A stretch of 64,000 nt of DNA from Minisyncoccota bacterium (GCA_041667145.1 JBAYFP010000001.1:121056-185055), one strand, 5' to 3'. Positions 18,101 to 28,026 are shown, counted from the stretch's first letter. Made by a program: numbers and translations. The notes: generated by a model from the sequence alone, not told the origin.

Positions 18101-21100
18101 TCTACTTCAATTGGTCCTGTAACATATACTGTTTCTTACTCAGGAGCAAATACTGTTTCACTTGCTAATGAGAATATAACTTTAATCAAAACAGGAACAG
18201 CTGATGGAACAGTCGCTGTTTCAGGTACTGGTATATCTTCTCGAACAGTGACTATTTCTTCTATCACTGGTACTGGCACTTTAGGAATTTCTATTGCTGC
18301 TGGTACTGCTTCTGATACTGCGGGAAATACTTCTCTAGCTATGGGAGCGTCTACTACTTTTGATGTAAGTAATGTTCCTTTAACAGTTGCAAGTATTTCT
18401 GTAGATTTAGCCTCAGGTTCATATAAATCTGGTCAAGCAATAATAACAACAGTAACTTTCTCTAAAGATGTTACATCGACTGGGAATGCAACTGTGACAT
18501 TTGATACGGGAGGGACATGTACTTTTACTATTAGTAATGCTTCATCAGGAAGTTGTACTTATACTGTCGGGGCTGGACAAAATTCTAGTGTTTTAGCTGT
18601 CTCGTCTGTTACGGGGACTATAAAAGATGCTGCCTTAAATTTATTGACTGCAACTACTCCTGTGATGAATATTTCTCCAACAAAAACAATTGTGATTGAT
18701 ACCACAGCACCAATTCTTTCCTTCACTGATGATGTAGCTGTTGGTCCTACATCTTCTGATACAATCACTGCTTCTTGGGTTGGTACTACTACTGGACAAA
18801 AAAAATGGATGTATGATACGGATAGAATTTGTTCACCTACTTCAACTGATTACACAATGACAGATAGTGATTCAATGGATCAAATTACAACCACAAACAA
18901 TACAAAATTTATTTGTTTGTATGGAGCAGATCTTGCTGGAAATTATTCAACACTAGCTTCAACAAATGATATAAATATTGATGCTAGTGGACCGACTGTC
19001 AGTATTTCTTCTCCCACTTCAAGCCCTACAAACGAAACAATAACTGTTAATGTTTTGTTTGATAAATCTGTTTCTGATTTTATTTATTCTGATATTTCAG
19101 TTACAAATGGTACAGTTTCATCTGCATCTTTTTCTGGCTCAGGAATGACTTATTCTTTTATAGTTACACCAACAGCTAATGGAGTAGTTGGTATAAGTAT
19201 TGGTTCAGGGGTGGCACATGATACAGCAGGAAATACAAACTCTGCTTCTAACTCTATATCCATAACATATAGTAATATAGGGCCGACAGTTATTTTAAGT
19301 TCCCCGTCACCTTATTATATTAATGGCTCATTCGATGTCGTTGCCACCTTTAGTGAACCTGTGACTGGGTTTACTTCAGCGGATATTACTATAAATGGTG
19401 GTATAGGTAATAGTTACGTAGACGGTTGGGCTGATGATGGTACAACGTATGAATTTTCTATTGTTCCAGATGGAGGAGGAATTGTTACTGTTGATATTAA
19501 TGGTGGAGTTGCTGTAAATGCAGCCCAAAATGGGAATATCGCTGCTACACAACTTTCTAGATTAAATGATACTGCTCCGCCTACTGCATATGATATCCCA
19601 ACAATTTGTTCTGTTGAAGGAAATTTATGTACTACCGCAGGTCAAAATGCCGATCCACAGGAAGTATATGATGTCGGTATGAGTACTATTTCTAGTACTG
19701 CCGAAGATGGTGATTCAGGAATAAGTAATGTTCAAATTTCAATTAATGATACTACTGCCAATAAATGGTATAACGGTACAATATTTACAACATCTGGTAG
19801 TGAAATATTATTAAATACAGTATTTGCATATTCAGAGAACGACGGGCAAACTCACTGGAGTTATGATTTTTCTAGCGTACCTTTAATTACTGGGGATACG
19901 TATACGATTAAAGTTACTGTTACAGATGGAGTATCTAATACAAATACTGCATCAGAATCTTTTAAATTTATAAATTCTGCACCAGAAGTTTCGAATGTAG
20001 TTCCATTGGAAGATGCGACTGGTTTAGTGACAGTGCATTATGATGTTACAGATAATGAATCTTCTCAAACTACGAATTATTTATTTTACAGTGTAGGAGG
20101 AAATGGTGTAGACGCAGGTTTAGCTAGTGACGCAACAAGTCTTAATTTATCTGACGCTACTTATTTCCCAAATTCAGGAATTATTCTTATAGATAATGAG
20201 ATGATTTCTTATACAAGTAAATCAGGAGCTACTCTTTTAGGTCTCACCAGAGGGATATTAAATACGATACCAGTTGCTCATGAAGATAGTGCTACTGTAT
20301 ATATAAAAGCAAGTTCAGCTACAGGTGGCGGAATTGGATTATCTGATGTTGGTACAAATAAGACTATAACTTGGCAAGCATCTTCTGATGCAAATGGATA
20401 TGAATATGATGTATCTTTTATTAAAGTTGTTGCAAATGATGGAGGAGTTGCCAATATGGTAGGTTCAGCAACTAACGAGGAAGGATTTATTCTTGATGCA
20501 AAAGCACCTACTGCAACAGTCACATTTGACGCTGGTGTCGGGGGAGAAACAAATAGTGGAGTAATTACTATTCCGATGCCTGAAGATATATCAGCTGTTG
20601 AGTATAAGATTACAGATGTAAATAATTTGTCAACAAATGCAGATTCTGGTGTTTGGAAATCTATAACGACTAGTACAACTTTACCTTGGACTTTTGATTC
20701 TAATATCATAGCAAGAAGTTTGAAATATCAGTTTAGAGATGCATACGGAAATATTGGATCTGAAATTACTACCTCTACCCAAGATCCGATTCCTACTAAG
20801 TTATTTACTGTCACTGATACATCGAATGTTTCATCAACACCTGCTTATCATCAAATGCATATGGATTGGCAGGCAGTGAGTTCTAGTGGGTTTTCTTCTT
20901 ATAAATTAGAATATAAAACATCTAGAAATAATATTAATTACATTGGTAATGGTTACACATCTATCTCTAGTACAGCTCTCAACAATGTTAGTACTGATAG
21001 TTATGATGATAAAAGTTTAACGCCAGATAATTTTTATAAATATCGTATAGGGATAATCGGTACTAATGGTAATGTTTCTATGAGATCAGATACTATTCTC

Positions 21101-24067
21101 GTTCGAGCAAATGGATTTCAGGATTATGATGAAGGTGGTGGAGGGACTGTTTTAAAAGCTCCAAAAGTAGAAAATGTTGTTCCGATTCAGGGATCAGATA
21201 AAAATGTGACAGTTAATTATCTTTTAACTGATACTTCATTATCAAAAAAGATTGATCTATTTTATGAAGGATATTTATTCTACAATATAGGAATTACATT
21301 ACCTGAAGATTCTTTTTCTGAATCTGAAGATACCTTAACACTTTCTGATACATCAAAATTAAAATCCTCTGGTTATATTTTAGTTAATAATGAAGTTATA
21401 AAATATACCTCTATAAGTGGAAATGTTTTAGAAGGTTTGACACGAGGTACTTGGCCTAATTTATCTACTTCTGGTAGAACGACTAGAACAAATTCTACTT
21501 TCTCTACAGGAGCTCCTGTTTGGATATTTGCAAATAATACTATCCCTATAGCTATAAATAGTAATTCCTCAATAATTTCTGGAGAAGCAGAATCAATAGT
21601 ATGGAATACAGAGGATGAAACAGGGTTAAAAGGTAATGTCTTTTCTAAAGTAGAATTCAAGGTATTAATTCATGACAATCAAACTTCTTCTCTAGGACCT
21701 ATATCCAGTCAGAATGATTCTTCCCAAGATGGAATTTTAAGTATTCTAGATCTTAGTGATACTGTTATTGAACCTACTGTCAAATCTACCAGTGCTGTTA
21801 TCACTTGGAATACTGATGATTATTCTGATTCTCTTATAGAATATGGAACGACTGAAGGTGTATATAATTTATCAAAAAGTAATTCAGATAGAGTTACGAG
21901 TCATCGTATTTATCTAAGTAATTTATTACCAAGTACGACTTATTTCTATAAAACAACTTCTACGAATGAATTGAGTGAAGCTATTACTTCTACGGGTCAA
22001 TTTACGACAAGTCCTAGTCCTGTGGTGACTAGTGTAAGTGTTCAAAGTGTGACTGATACAACTGCTGTAATAACATGGACCACAGCTGATGTTGTTTCAA
22101 GTTCTTATGTCGTATATTCGACTAATTCAGATTTAAGTGGCTCTATTACTGTCAATGATGATGAACTTGTGACAGATCACACAGTAACTTTAAGTGGACT
22201 TACACCAGAAAGGAATTATTATTTTAAAGTTTATTCTGTTGATGCTAATGAATATATTGGAGAAAAAACAGACAATCCTGATCCAGATACAAGTACTGAA
22301 GAAATATATTTTATGTTTACTACTGGATTAGATGAAACTGCTCCAATTATTTCTAATATTCAAATACCAATCATTACATATTCTGGAGTGGCAATAATAT
22401 GGACGACAAATGAGCAAGCCGATGGGCGGATAGGTTATAGTACAGAGAGCGTAGAAGATGGTGGGTCATACACTTATACTGATGTTGTCCCATTGTCTGG
22501 AGCATTAGTCACTAATCATGTCGCTACTATTGAAGATTTGAGGAAAACTACTAAATATTATTATGTAGTCGAATCTACAGATACACAGGGGAATACTGCT
22601 ACCTCTGATGAAGGGAATTTTACGACTGATAGACAACTAACAACTGGAGGGGGTAATGTTATAGGAGTTCTACAAGAGATCTATGATGCATTAATGAAAG
22701 AAAATGAAGAAAATAAGGCTAGATTAAAGAATCAGAGTTCTGATATTCCTGTTATATCAAATGTTGATATTGTAGATGTGAATGCCTTTGGAGCAACGAT
22801 CAGTTTCAATACAGATAAAGAAACTGTGGGGGGTGTCGATTATGGGAAAGATACAAAATATGGTAAAAATGAAGGTGATTTTATTTGGAGCACTACTCAT
22901 AAAATAGTTCTCAATGGTCTTACTATGGGTACTGATTATAATTTTAAGATAAAAGTTATCGATAGATATAGTAATATTGGTACTGGAGACAATCAGACTT
23001 TTAAAACGAAATTCTTAACTGAAAAACTCGCTGAACTTCAGAAGATAGAAAATATTGAGCAATTTCAAAAAGAAATAGAAGCCACAATTGAATCGATTTT
23101 GCCTTCGCTTGTGCCTCCTTTTATTGACCTACCGGCTATAACTAATATTACTGAAAATACTGCCACTATTACCTTCAAGACAAATATAAAAACATATCCA
23201 GTAGTAAATTATAGTTCCGATGCTACTTATGACATTACAAAAGAAAATCCATATGAAGGGGAAATAACGGATACAACTGAAAAAAGCTTAGACCATACGT
23301 TATCTCTTATTGGATTGAAACCTAATACAAAATATCACGTGATGGCGAAGGCGTACTCTCTTCCTCAAGTCATAGGTAAATCAGTAGATGTAACTTTTAC
23401 AACTAAACCATCGAAAATAAAAGCAACGATTACGGAACGTAAAAATGATTCGTTTACAATAGTATGGGTTACTGATGGCCCTACTTCTTCAATAGTAGAA
23501 TACAAAGATTTGAAAACAAATAAAACAGGAAGAATATCTGATGACGCAAAAAATACTTCACATTCTGTAAAAATAGAAAATCTTACCCCTGGTACCTCAT
23601 ACACGGTAGATGTTTCAGGATACAATGATATAGGCAATCTAGTAGAGGGATCTGAGACTCTAACAGTAAATACACTTACAGATACTGTTCCTCCGGTCAT
23701 CTCTAATTTTAAACTTGATAGTGCATTAGTATTAGGACGTACTGATAAGACTCAGACGATAGTATCATGGACTACAGATGAGCCATCCACCTCTATTGTT
23801 TATTATGAAGAAGGTTCTGGGTCACCTGATAAAGCACTTGCCAATAAACAAGAAAATAGCGAGCTATCAATAAACCATGTCATTATCTTGACTACATTAA
23901 GACCGGGTACAGTTTATAGATTCCAGATAGCTTCGAGAGACAATGCTAATAATATCAATACGCTTCCTATTCGAACCATCATCACACCAAGACCAAATGA
24001 ATCCATTGTTGACATAATCTTCAAGAATTTTGACGAGACGTTTAATTTCTTGAAAAATGTGCAGTAA
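15197..24067 (+). CDS. giant secreted/cell-surface protein (2956 aa): K-rich N-terminal extension plus hydrophobic signal/anchor, BNR/Asp-box beta-propeller, multiple Ig-like domains, at least six FN3-like domains
   Basis: Asp-box repeats (SSDYGVTW, TSDNGINW, SSDGIIW, STNSGDTW, SSDFGDTW, SPDGLHW) with YGNGxFVAV blades. Repeated TIDTTAPS / TVDNTAPT / IIDTAAPT / VIDTTAPI domain boundaries. FN3-like repeats (AVITWNTDDYSDSLIEYGTT..., TAVITWTTADVVSSSYVVYST..., VAIIWTTNEQADGRIGYST...). An alternative start at ATG 15401 gives a classical signal peptide. Confidence 0.8.
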   Translation: MKFTVFSRKKIPHKVGGFSRVIRLKIKLRFEKLRKKKFEESIVRIIKEKMLMRKEEIKKMIKIIKENIMPKKMINTKNILVSFFIFSFSFSFLYNPNQVLAVAPTVNITYSSNPVKAGTQRISVTYSSQPASTPTIGINQLGTTDIPNGTAMVPPYSDINAPGVTWSNPLSSNIGSAGGYWNSIAYGNDIFVAVSNYGSGNKVATSSDYGVTWIPRTPAESNNWESVTFGNGIFVAVSSNGNHRVMTSDNGINWFPQNVTEDYDWQSVTYDNDHGVFVAVADSGTHRAMTSSDGIIWEYKTTGSYSWNSVAYGNGVFVAVGNLGKIQKSTNSGDTWNDPQINSNSAYLYSVAYGNGVFVAVGASGTIRTSSDFGDTWQEQTSGTGLTISDVTFGNNTFVAVTNSSANLFLTSPDGLHWTSRTATAGATSIAYGTPTISGVETSMFVAVERTSSLGTNLITSTSRKLSFDAAHTYYYDYTVCAAGNSGTGACEGNYVDGTATVTLSDVKDLYGVSYTPSGTTFTIDTTESAPGTPDMTAGTDTGSSSTDNTTSDTTPDFTISCDTGATVTLYKDTTSSVGTGTCSSSTVTITSSTLSAGTYAMNAKQTDAAGNTSSASGNLSVTIDTTAPSVSTVTYSRSSIKQNDTLTITVNFNEALAITNPPQIAISGVNNLTATNMTEGYETCDRHPCAQVLSPSRWTYDFSIQSGNGSPTVTISAGQDAAGNIMTNASSPTSFSSFTVDNIAPTNQNTVFPTSISKKSSVTVTSPNIVSAGETGGSIWFAPSGTTTFTAGATMTTAGGTATTILAPLTAGSYKLFVRDAAGNTSLASTAILTVDNTAPTVALSYTSDPIKAGTQTITATYSKAITSIPNIRVDQYGTVPDDLLFHPMTNNDSGVNKVWKYDYTVHAATDSCPQGGTPPCYADGTAQVSLSSTTDVAGNTSGTPSSSTFIIDTAAPTNSISAPSVSSTSIGPVTYTVSYSGANTVSLANENITLIKTGTADGTVAVSGTGISSRTVTISSITGTGTLGISIAAGTASDTAGNTSLAMGASTTFDVSNVPLTVASISVDLASGSYKSGQAIITTVTFSKDVTSTGNATVTFDTGGTCTFTISNASSGSCTYTVGAGQNSSVLAVSSVTGTIKDAALNLLTATTPVMNISPTKTIVIDTTAPILSFTDDVAVGPTSSDTITASWVGTTTGQKKWMYDTDRICSPTSTDYTMTDSDSMDQITTTNNTKFICLYGADLAGNYSTLASTNDINIDASGPTVSISSPTSSPTNETITVNVLFDKSVSDFIYSDISVTNGTVSSASFSGSGMTYSFIVTPTANGVVGISIGSGVAHDTAGNTNSASNSISITYSNIGPTVILSSPSPYYINGSFDVVATFSEPVTGFTSADITINGGIGNSYVDGWADDGTTYEFSIVPDGGGIVTVDINGGVAVNAAQNGNIAATQLSRLNDTAPPTAYDIPTICSVEGNLCTTAGQNADPQEVYDVGMSTISSTAEDGDSGISNVQISINDTTANKWYNGTIFTTSGSEILLNTVFAYSENDGQTHWSYDFSSVPLITGDTYTIKVTVTDGVSNTNTASESFKFINSAPEVSNVVPLEDATGLVTVHYDVTDNESSQTTNYLFYSVGGNGVDAGLASDATSLNLSDATYFPNSGIILIDNEMISYTSKSGATLLGLTRGILNTIPVAHEDSATVYIKASSATGGGIGLSDVGTNKTITWQASSDANGYEYDVSFIKVVANDGGVANMVGSATNEEGFILDAKAPTATVTFDAGVGGETNSGVITIPMPEDISAVEYKITDVNNLSTNADSGVWKSITTSTTLPWTFDSNIIARSLKYQFRDAYGNIGSEITTSTQDPIPTKLFTVTDTSNVSSTPAYHQMHMDWQAVSSSGFSSYKLEYKTSRNNINYIGNGYTSISSTALNNVSTDSYDDKSLTPDNFYKYRIGIIGTNGNVSMRSDTILVRANGFQDYDEGGGGTVLKAPKVENVVPIQGSDKNVTVNYLLTDTSLSKKIDLFYEGYLFYNIGITLPEDSFSESEDTLTLSDTSKLKSSGYILVNNEVIKYTSISGNVLEGLTRGTWPNLSTSGRTTRTNSTFSTGAPVWIFANNTIPIAINSNSSIISGEAESIVWNTEDETGLKGNVFSKVEFKVLIHDNQTSSLGPISSQNDSSQDGILSILDLSDTVIEPTVKSTSAVITWNTDDYSDSLIEYGTTEGVYNLSKSNSDRVTSHRIYLSNLLPSTTYFYKTTSTNELSEAITSTGQFTTSPSPVVTSVSVQSVTDTTAVITWTTADVVSSSYVVYSTNSDLSGSITVNDDELVTDHTVTLSGLTPERNYYFKVYSVDANEYIGEKTDNPDPDTSTEEIYFMFTTGLDETAPIISNIQIPIITYSGVAIIWTTNEQADGRIGYSTESVEDGGSYTYTDVVPLSGALVTNHVATIEDLRKTTKYYYVVESTDTQGNTATSDEGNFTTDRQLTTGGGNVIGVLQEIYDALMKENEENKARLKNQSSDIPVISNVDIVDVNAFGATISFNTDKETVGGVDYGKDTKYGKNEGDFIWSTTHKIVLNGLTMGTDYNFKIKVIDRYSNIGTGDNQTFKTKFLTEKLAELQKIENIEQFQKEIEATIESILPSLVPPFIDLPAITNITENTATITFKTNIKTYPVVNYSSDATYDITKENPYEGEITDTTEKSLDHTLSLIGLKPNTKYHVMAKAYSLPQVIGKSVDVTFTTKPSKIKATITERKNDSFTIVWVTDGPTSSIVEYKDLKTNKTGRISDDAKNTSHSVKIENLTPGTSYTVDVSGYNDIGNLVEGSETLTVNTLTDTVPPVISNFKLDSALVLGRTDKTQTIVSWTTDEPSTSIVYYEEGSGSPDKALANKQENSELSINHVIILTTLRPGTVYRFQIASRDNANNINTLPIRTIITPRPNESIVDIIFKNFDETFNFLKNVQ

Positions 24068-24126
24068 TATCTAAAAGTCGAGATAAAACAAGATTATTAA
24101 TTAAGTTAAATATTTAAAAGGTAAAA

Positions 24127-24576
24127 ATGGAAGAAGAAAAAAAGAAAAGAAAAATATTGTTGGTGGATGATGATGAAATGATGCGTATATTTTTCCGTGA
24201 TATTTTTTGGATGCATGGAAAATGTGATGCTTATGATGTAGAGATGGCTTCTTCCTTAGAGGAGGCTGAAAAAATAATAGAAGATGAGAAAACGAGACCA
24301 GACATAATGTTTTTAGATATTTTCTTATCTTCTACAAAAAAGAAAGGGAATGTTTCTACAGAACAAGTAAATCGTTCTTTGGAATTTATCGGTAAAATAA
24401 AAGAAAGTAAAGTTTTTTCCAATATAAATATTATTATTTATTCTGGACAAAAATATCAAGCATTAGAAGAAGCAGTAATGAAACTAGGTGTAGACGGATA
24501 TTTAATAAAGGGTGAACTTATGCCTAAAGAGATAATTTCTTTTACAGATCAAATACATGGAACAACCAATCATTAA
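24127..24576 (+). CDS. stand-alone response-regulator receiver (REC) domain protein
   Basis: LLVDDDE acidic pocket, FLDIFL phospho-acceptor Asp, conserved S/T and K positions; no output domain; overlaps the next gene by 20 nt. Confidence 0.65.
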   Translation: MEEEKKKRKILLVDDDEMMRIFFRDIFWMHGKCDAYDVEMASSLEEAEKIIEDEKTRPDIMFLDIFLSSTKKKGNVSTEQVNRSLEFIGKIKESKVFSNINIIIYSGQKYQALEEAVMKLGVDGYLIKGELMPKEIISFTDQIHGTTNH

Positions 24577-25954
24577 ATTAAACAATGTAAGTCTTTGGTA
24601 TGAAAAAGGAAAAACGACTGAACTAAAAGCTTTAAAAAACATTACCATTGAAATAAAGAAAGGAGATTATGTCGCCTTTTTCGGTCCGTCTGGTTGTGGT
24701 AAAACGACCATACTTTATGCTATTTCCGGTATTGATCGTTTCCAGGAAGGATCAATTTTAATTAATGGCAGAGATATATCTCCACTTACAAACCAAGAAC
24801 TCGCCATATTTAGACAAACCGGTATAGGAATAGTCTTTCAACAGTTCAATTTAGTTCCTTCTTTAACTGTATTAAAAAATGTTGCGTTACCGATGCTTTT
24901 TGTAGGTATATCATCTGAAAAAGCTGATAAAGAAGCATTAAAATTACTAAAACGTTTGGATCTTCTCGATTTACAGGATCGTTTTCCCTCAGAGCTTTCA
25001 GGAGGACAACAACAAAGAGTAGGTATCGCTCGTGCTCTTGCGAATGATCCGCCGATAATTATTGCCGATGAGCCATTGGGTAACCTAGACTCTATAAACG
25101 CTAAAAAAGTTTTGGAATTCTTAAAGGAATTAAACGAAAAAGATGGACGAACTATCATAATGGTGACGCATGAGGCTTGGAGTCTTCGTGACGTTAAAAC
25201 TATTTACCATATGAAAGATGGTACTATTACGGAGATAGAAAAAACTACTCCAGAGACGATAGCACAATCTATCGCTAGTCGTTTGAATAAACAATTATCT
25301 TCTTCGAATGGAGAAGATAAAGGAAAAGATTCTAAAGGAGGGGATGCAAATGCAGAAAGTATTTCTGCACACTTACTTGCAAACTTTTTATTACGCGGAT
25401 ATTCACTAGATGAAATAAGTCGTTTTGAATTATTTGTAAATGAACGATTTTCTAATAAAATTGATAAGAAAGAATTTCATGAATTGATAAATAAACCATT
25501 TAAGGATGGTGGAGTAGGTTTGTGGAAAAAGAAAGCAGAACGAGTGACAGAATATTTAGAAGAAGTTATAGATAAAAAACATAGTATTAGCAGTATTTGT
25601 GAACTTATAGAAAAAACTCCTGAAGCAGCTATTTTTGATGAAATTAAAAATGTTCGACAATGGCTTATTGAAGGATATACTGGCGAATTAAATGCTTCGC
25701 AAATTTTAGCACTTGATCAAGTTATTTCCGATAGGATTAGAAATTATATTTCGAGAGAAAAAGTTGTTCAACTATTAGATCTCTCTAGTAATAAATTTGG
25801 CGTAGGACTTTCTTTTAGGGCAGCACAAATTTTAGCAGAGAAATTAGAGTTGTTATTAGAAGGCGTTCCAAATGATAAAATTAATGTTAATATAAGTGGG
25901 GAGAAAGAAATCAGTAAAGATACAGACGCAACTAATTTTCTAAAAAAATTATAA
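24557..25954 (+). CDS. ABC transporter ATP-binding protein (MacB/FtsE-like) with ~235-aa C-terminal extension of unknown function
   Basis: Walker A GPSGCGKTT, signature LSGGQQQRV, Walker B IIIADEP, H-loop; residues ~230-465 have no recognisable match. Confidence 0.85.
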   Translation: MEQPIIKLNNVSLWYEKGKTTELKALKNITIEIKKGDYVAFFGPSGCGKTTILYAISGIDRFQEGSILINGRDISPLTNQELAIFRQTGIGIVFQQFNLVPSLTVLKNVALPMLFVGISSEKADKEALKLLKRLDLLDLQDRFPSELSGGQQQRVGIARALANDPPIIIADEPLGNLDSINAKKVLEFLKELNEKDGRTIIMVTHEAWSLRDVKTIYHMKDGTITEIEKTTPETIAQSIASRLNKQLSSSNGEDKGKDSKGGDANAESISAHLLANFLLRGYSLDEISRFELFVNERFSNKIDKKEFHELINKPFKDGGVGLWKKKAERVTEYLEEVIDKKHSISSICELIEKTPEAAIFDEIKNVRQWLIEGYTGELNASQILALDQVISDRIRNYISREKVVQLLDLSSNKFGVGLSFRAAQILAEKLELLLEGVPNDKINVNISGEKEISKDTDATNFLKKL

Positions 25955-25963
25955 TTTAATAAC

Positions 25964-27172
25964 ATGTTTAATAAACAATTAAAATTTCATGAGCTAGTGA
26001 CGCTTTCTCTTAGGTCTTTCCGTACTAAACCGCAGAGAGCTTTTTTAACTATTATTGGCATGTCTATTGGTATTGCTGCAGTGTTATTGTTGGTTTCTCT
26101 CGGGTATGGACTCCAATATATATTGATTGGTAAATTAATGACGACTGAAGATTCATTGATAACAATGGAAATATCATATCCGACTGAAAGTAATATGTTA
26201 ATCAAAAAATCTGTTTTAGATAATTTAAAAACTTATCCAGATATTGCTGAAGTGAGCCCAATCGCTGAATTTCCAGGTGAAATTAGTACCCCTGGTACCT
26301 CAAGCCTTTTAATTAATACACTTATCGTTGATCCTGCTTATTTTAGACTTACTGGATTAACACCCAATATTGGAAAAACTATAGGAGAAGGTACAGGTGT
26401 GGTGGTTTCAAATCAAACGTTAACAGCGTTGGGTCTAGTAGCAGATCAGGTATCTTTAAATAAAATATTTGATCTAAAAGTTTCTTATCCTAGTGAAGAT
26501 ATAAACTTTACTGAAAAAATAATCTCCTCTATACCAGTTCCGCTTAAAGGGATTATAGTAGACGATACTATGGCTCCGACTGCCATAGTATATGCAGATG
26601 CATTTTCTGAAACACCCCCGTCTTATCGTAGGGCACTCGTTAAGGCAAAAAATGTAGATATATTAGAAAGTCTTCGTGATAAATTGATTAGTGAAGGATT
26701 TTTAGTGTCAGCACGTATTGATCTAGTTACTCAAGCTCGTAAAATTACGAATATTATTACTATGATATTAGGAGTTTTTGGTGTGACAGCACTTGTCGTT
26801 TCAGCAATTGGAATGTTCAATACTATGCTTGTAGGTTTTCTGGAACGTATTTATGAAGTTGGAATTTTGAAATCCTTAGGTGCTACAGATTATGATGTAC
26901 GTAATCTTTTCTTAGTGGAAGCTTCGTTTATGGGTTTCCTTGGTGGATTGGGTGGTATCATCATAGGTATTGGTGGAGGTAAGATTCTCAATCTTTTGCT
27001 GAGTCTTTTATCGACAAGATTTGGTGGAAATGCCATAGAACTTTTTATAATTCCTTGGTGGTTTGTTTTTCTTATTTTAGTTGTTTCAGTGATAATAGGT
27101 TTCTTTTCTGGCTGGTGGCCAGCACATCGGGCAGCGGGTCTTTCTCCTAAGGAAGCTTTTACAAAGAGATAA
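25964..27172 (+). CDS. ABC transporter permease, FtsX/MacB family
   Basis: N-terminal TM helix, large extracytoplasmic domain, C-terminal FtsX-like 3-TM bundle (ILKSLGATDYDVRNLFLVEASFMGFLGG). Confidence 0.8.
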   Translation: MFNKQLKFHELVTLSLRSFRTKPQRAFLTIIGMSIGIAAVLLLVSLGYGLQYILIGKLMTTEDSLITMEISYPTESNMLIKKSVLDNLKTYPDIAEVSPIAEFPGEISTPGTSSLLINTLIVDPAYFRLTGLTPNIGKTIGEGTGVVVSNQTLTALGLVADQVSLNKIFDLKVSYPSEDINFTEKIISSIPVPLKGIIVDDTMAPTAIVYADAFSETPPSYRRALVKAKNVDILESLRDKLISEGFLVSARIDLVTQARKITNIITMILGVFGVTALVVSAIGMFNTMLVGFLERIYEVGILKSLGATDYDVRNLFLVEASFMGFLGGLGGIIIGIGGGKILNLLLSLLSTRFGGNAIELFIIPWWFVFLILVVSVIIGFFSGWWPAHRAAGLSPKEAFTKR

Positions 27173-28019
27173 TTTTATTTAGATTAATTTTTTTGGATGC
27201 GTCAAACCATTTTATTTCTTTGTCTCGTTTAAACCAAGTCATTTGTCTTTTTGTATATTTTATAGTTTCTTTTACTACTTTTTCATAAGTAGGGGAGTCG
27301 TATTCAAAACCTAATTCTTTTAATCTTTTTTGAGATATTCCAGATTTTTTTAGTTTTTTTATTTCATTTAATAGTCCCACTTTAAACATTTCTTTAACTC
27401 TTTTTTCTATTCTATTTTTTAATTTATCTTGTGGTAGATACAAGCCAATCTTAATAAACTTATACGGAGGCGTTGCCTCCGTGGTTCGGGGAGTTTTACC
27501 TATAGATTTTGCTATTTCGATTGCTCTGATTAGTCTTACTTTATTATTTAGTTCGTTTTTTACTTTGATATCCTTTGCTCTATTTTTATCAAGTTTTTTT
27601 AATATTTTAAAAAGTTCCAGTACTGATTTTTTTTCAAGAAATTTTCTTAGTTTTTGATTTGGTAAAACTTCAGGGAAAATTATTCCTTTTGTCACAGCAT
27701 CAATATAAAATCCAGTACCTCCACAAATTATTGGAATTTTACCTCTTTTTACTATCTCAGCTATAGCGTAGATAGCTTTTTTTTGATATTTAACAACTGT
27801 AAATTTATTTTTTGGATTTTCTACATCAAGTAGATGATGAGGAATACCTTGCATTTCTTTTATTGTAATTTTACCAGTTCCTATATTTAAGCTTTTATAA
27901 ACTTGCCTAGAATCAGCAGAAATGATTTCGCCGTCAATTTTTTGGGCAATTTTAACAGCTAAATCACTCTTTCCAGTGGCTGTGGGTCCTAATATGACAA
28001 TAATCTTAGATTTTTGCAT
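27159..28019 (-). CDS. miaA: tRNA dimethylallyltransferase
   Basis: GPTATGKS P-loop, ISADSRQVYK, LDIGTGK-like motif. Confidence 0.9.
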   Translation of the reverse strand: MQKSKIIVILGPTATGKSDLAVKIAQKIDGEIISADSRQVYKSLNIGTGKITIKEMQGIPHHLLDVENPKNKFTVVKYQKKAIYAIAEIVKRGKIPIICGGTGFYIDAVTKGIIFPEVLPNQKLRKFLEKKSVLELFKILKKLDKNRAKDIKVKNELNNKVRLIRAIEIAKSIGKTPRTTEATPPYKFIKIGLYLPQDKLKNRIEKRVKEMFKVGLLNEIKKLKKSGISQKRLKELGFEYDSPTYEKVVKETIKYTKRQMTWFKRDKEIKWFDASKKINLNKIISL

Positions 28020-28026
28020 CTACTTG

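Noticed and set aside
14854-27172. Intact integrative element or prophage downstream of tRNA-Trp
   Set aside because: Only a small Xis-like HTH gene is present. There is no integrase, no structural phage gene and no recognisable att repeat, so at most a remnant.
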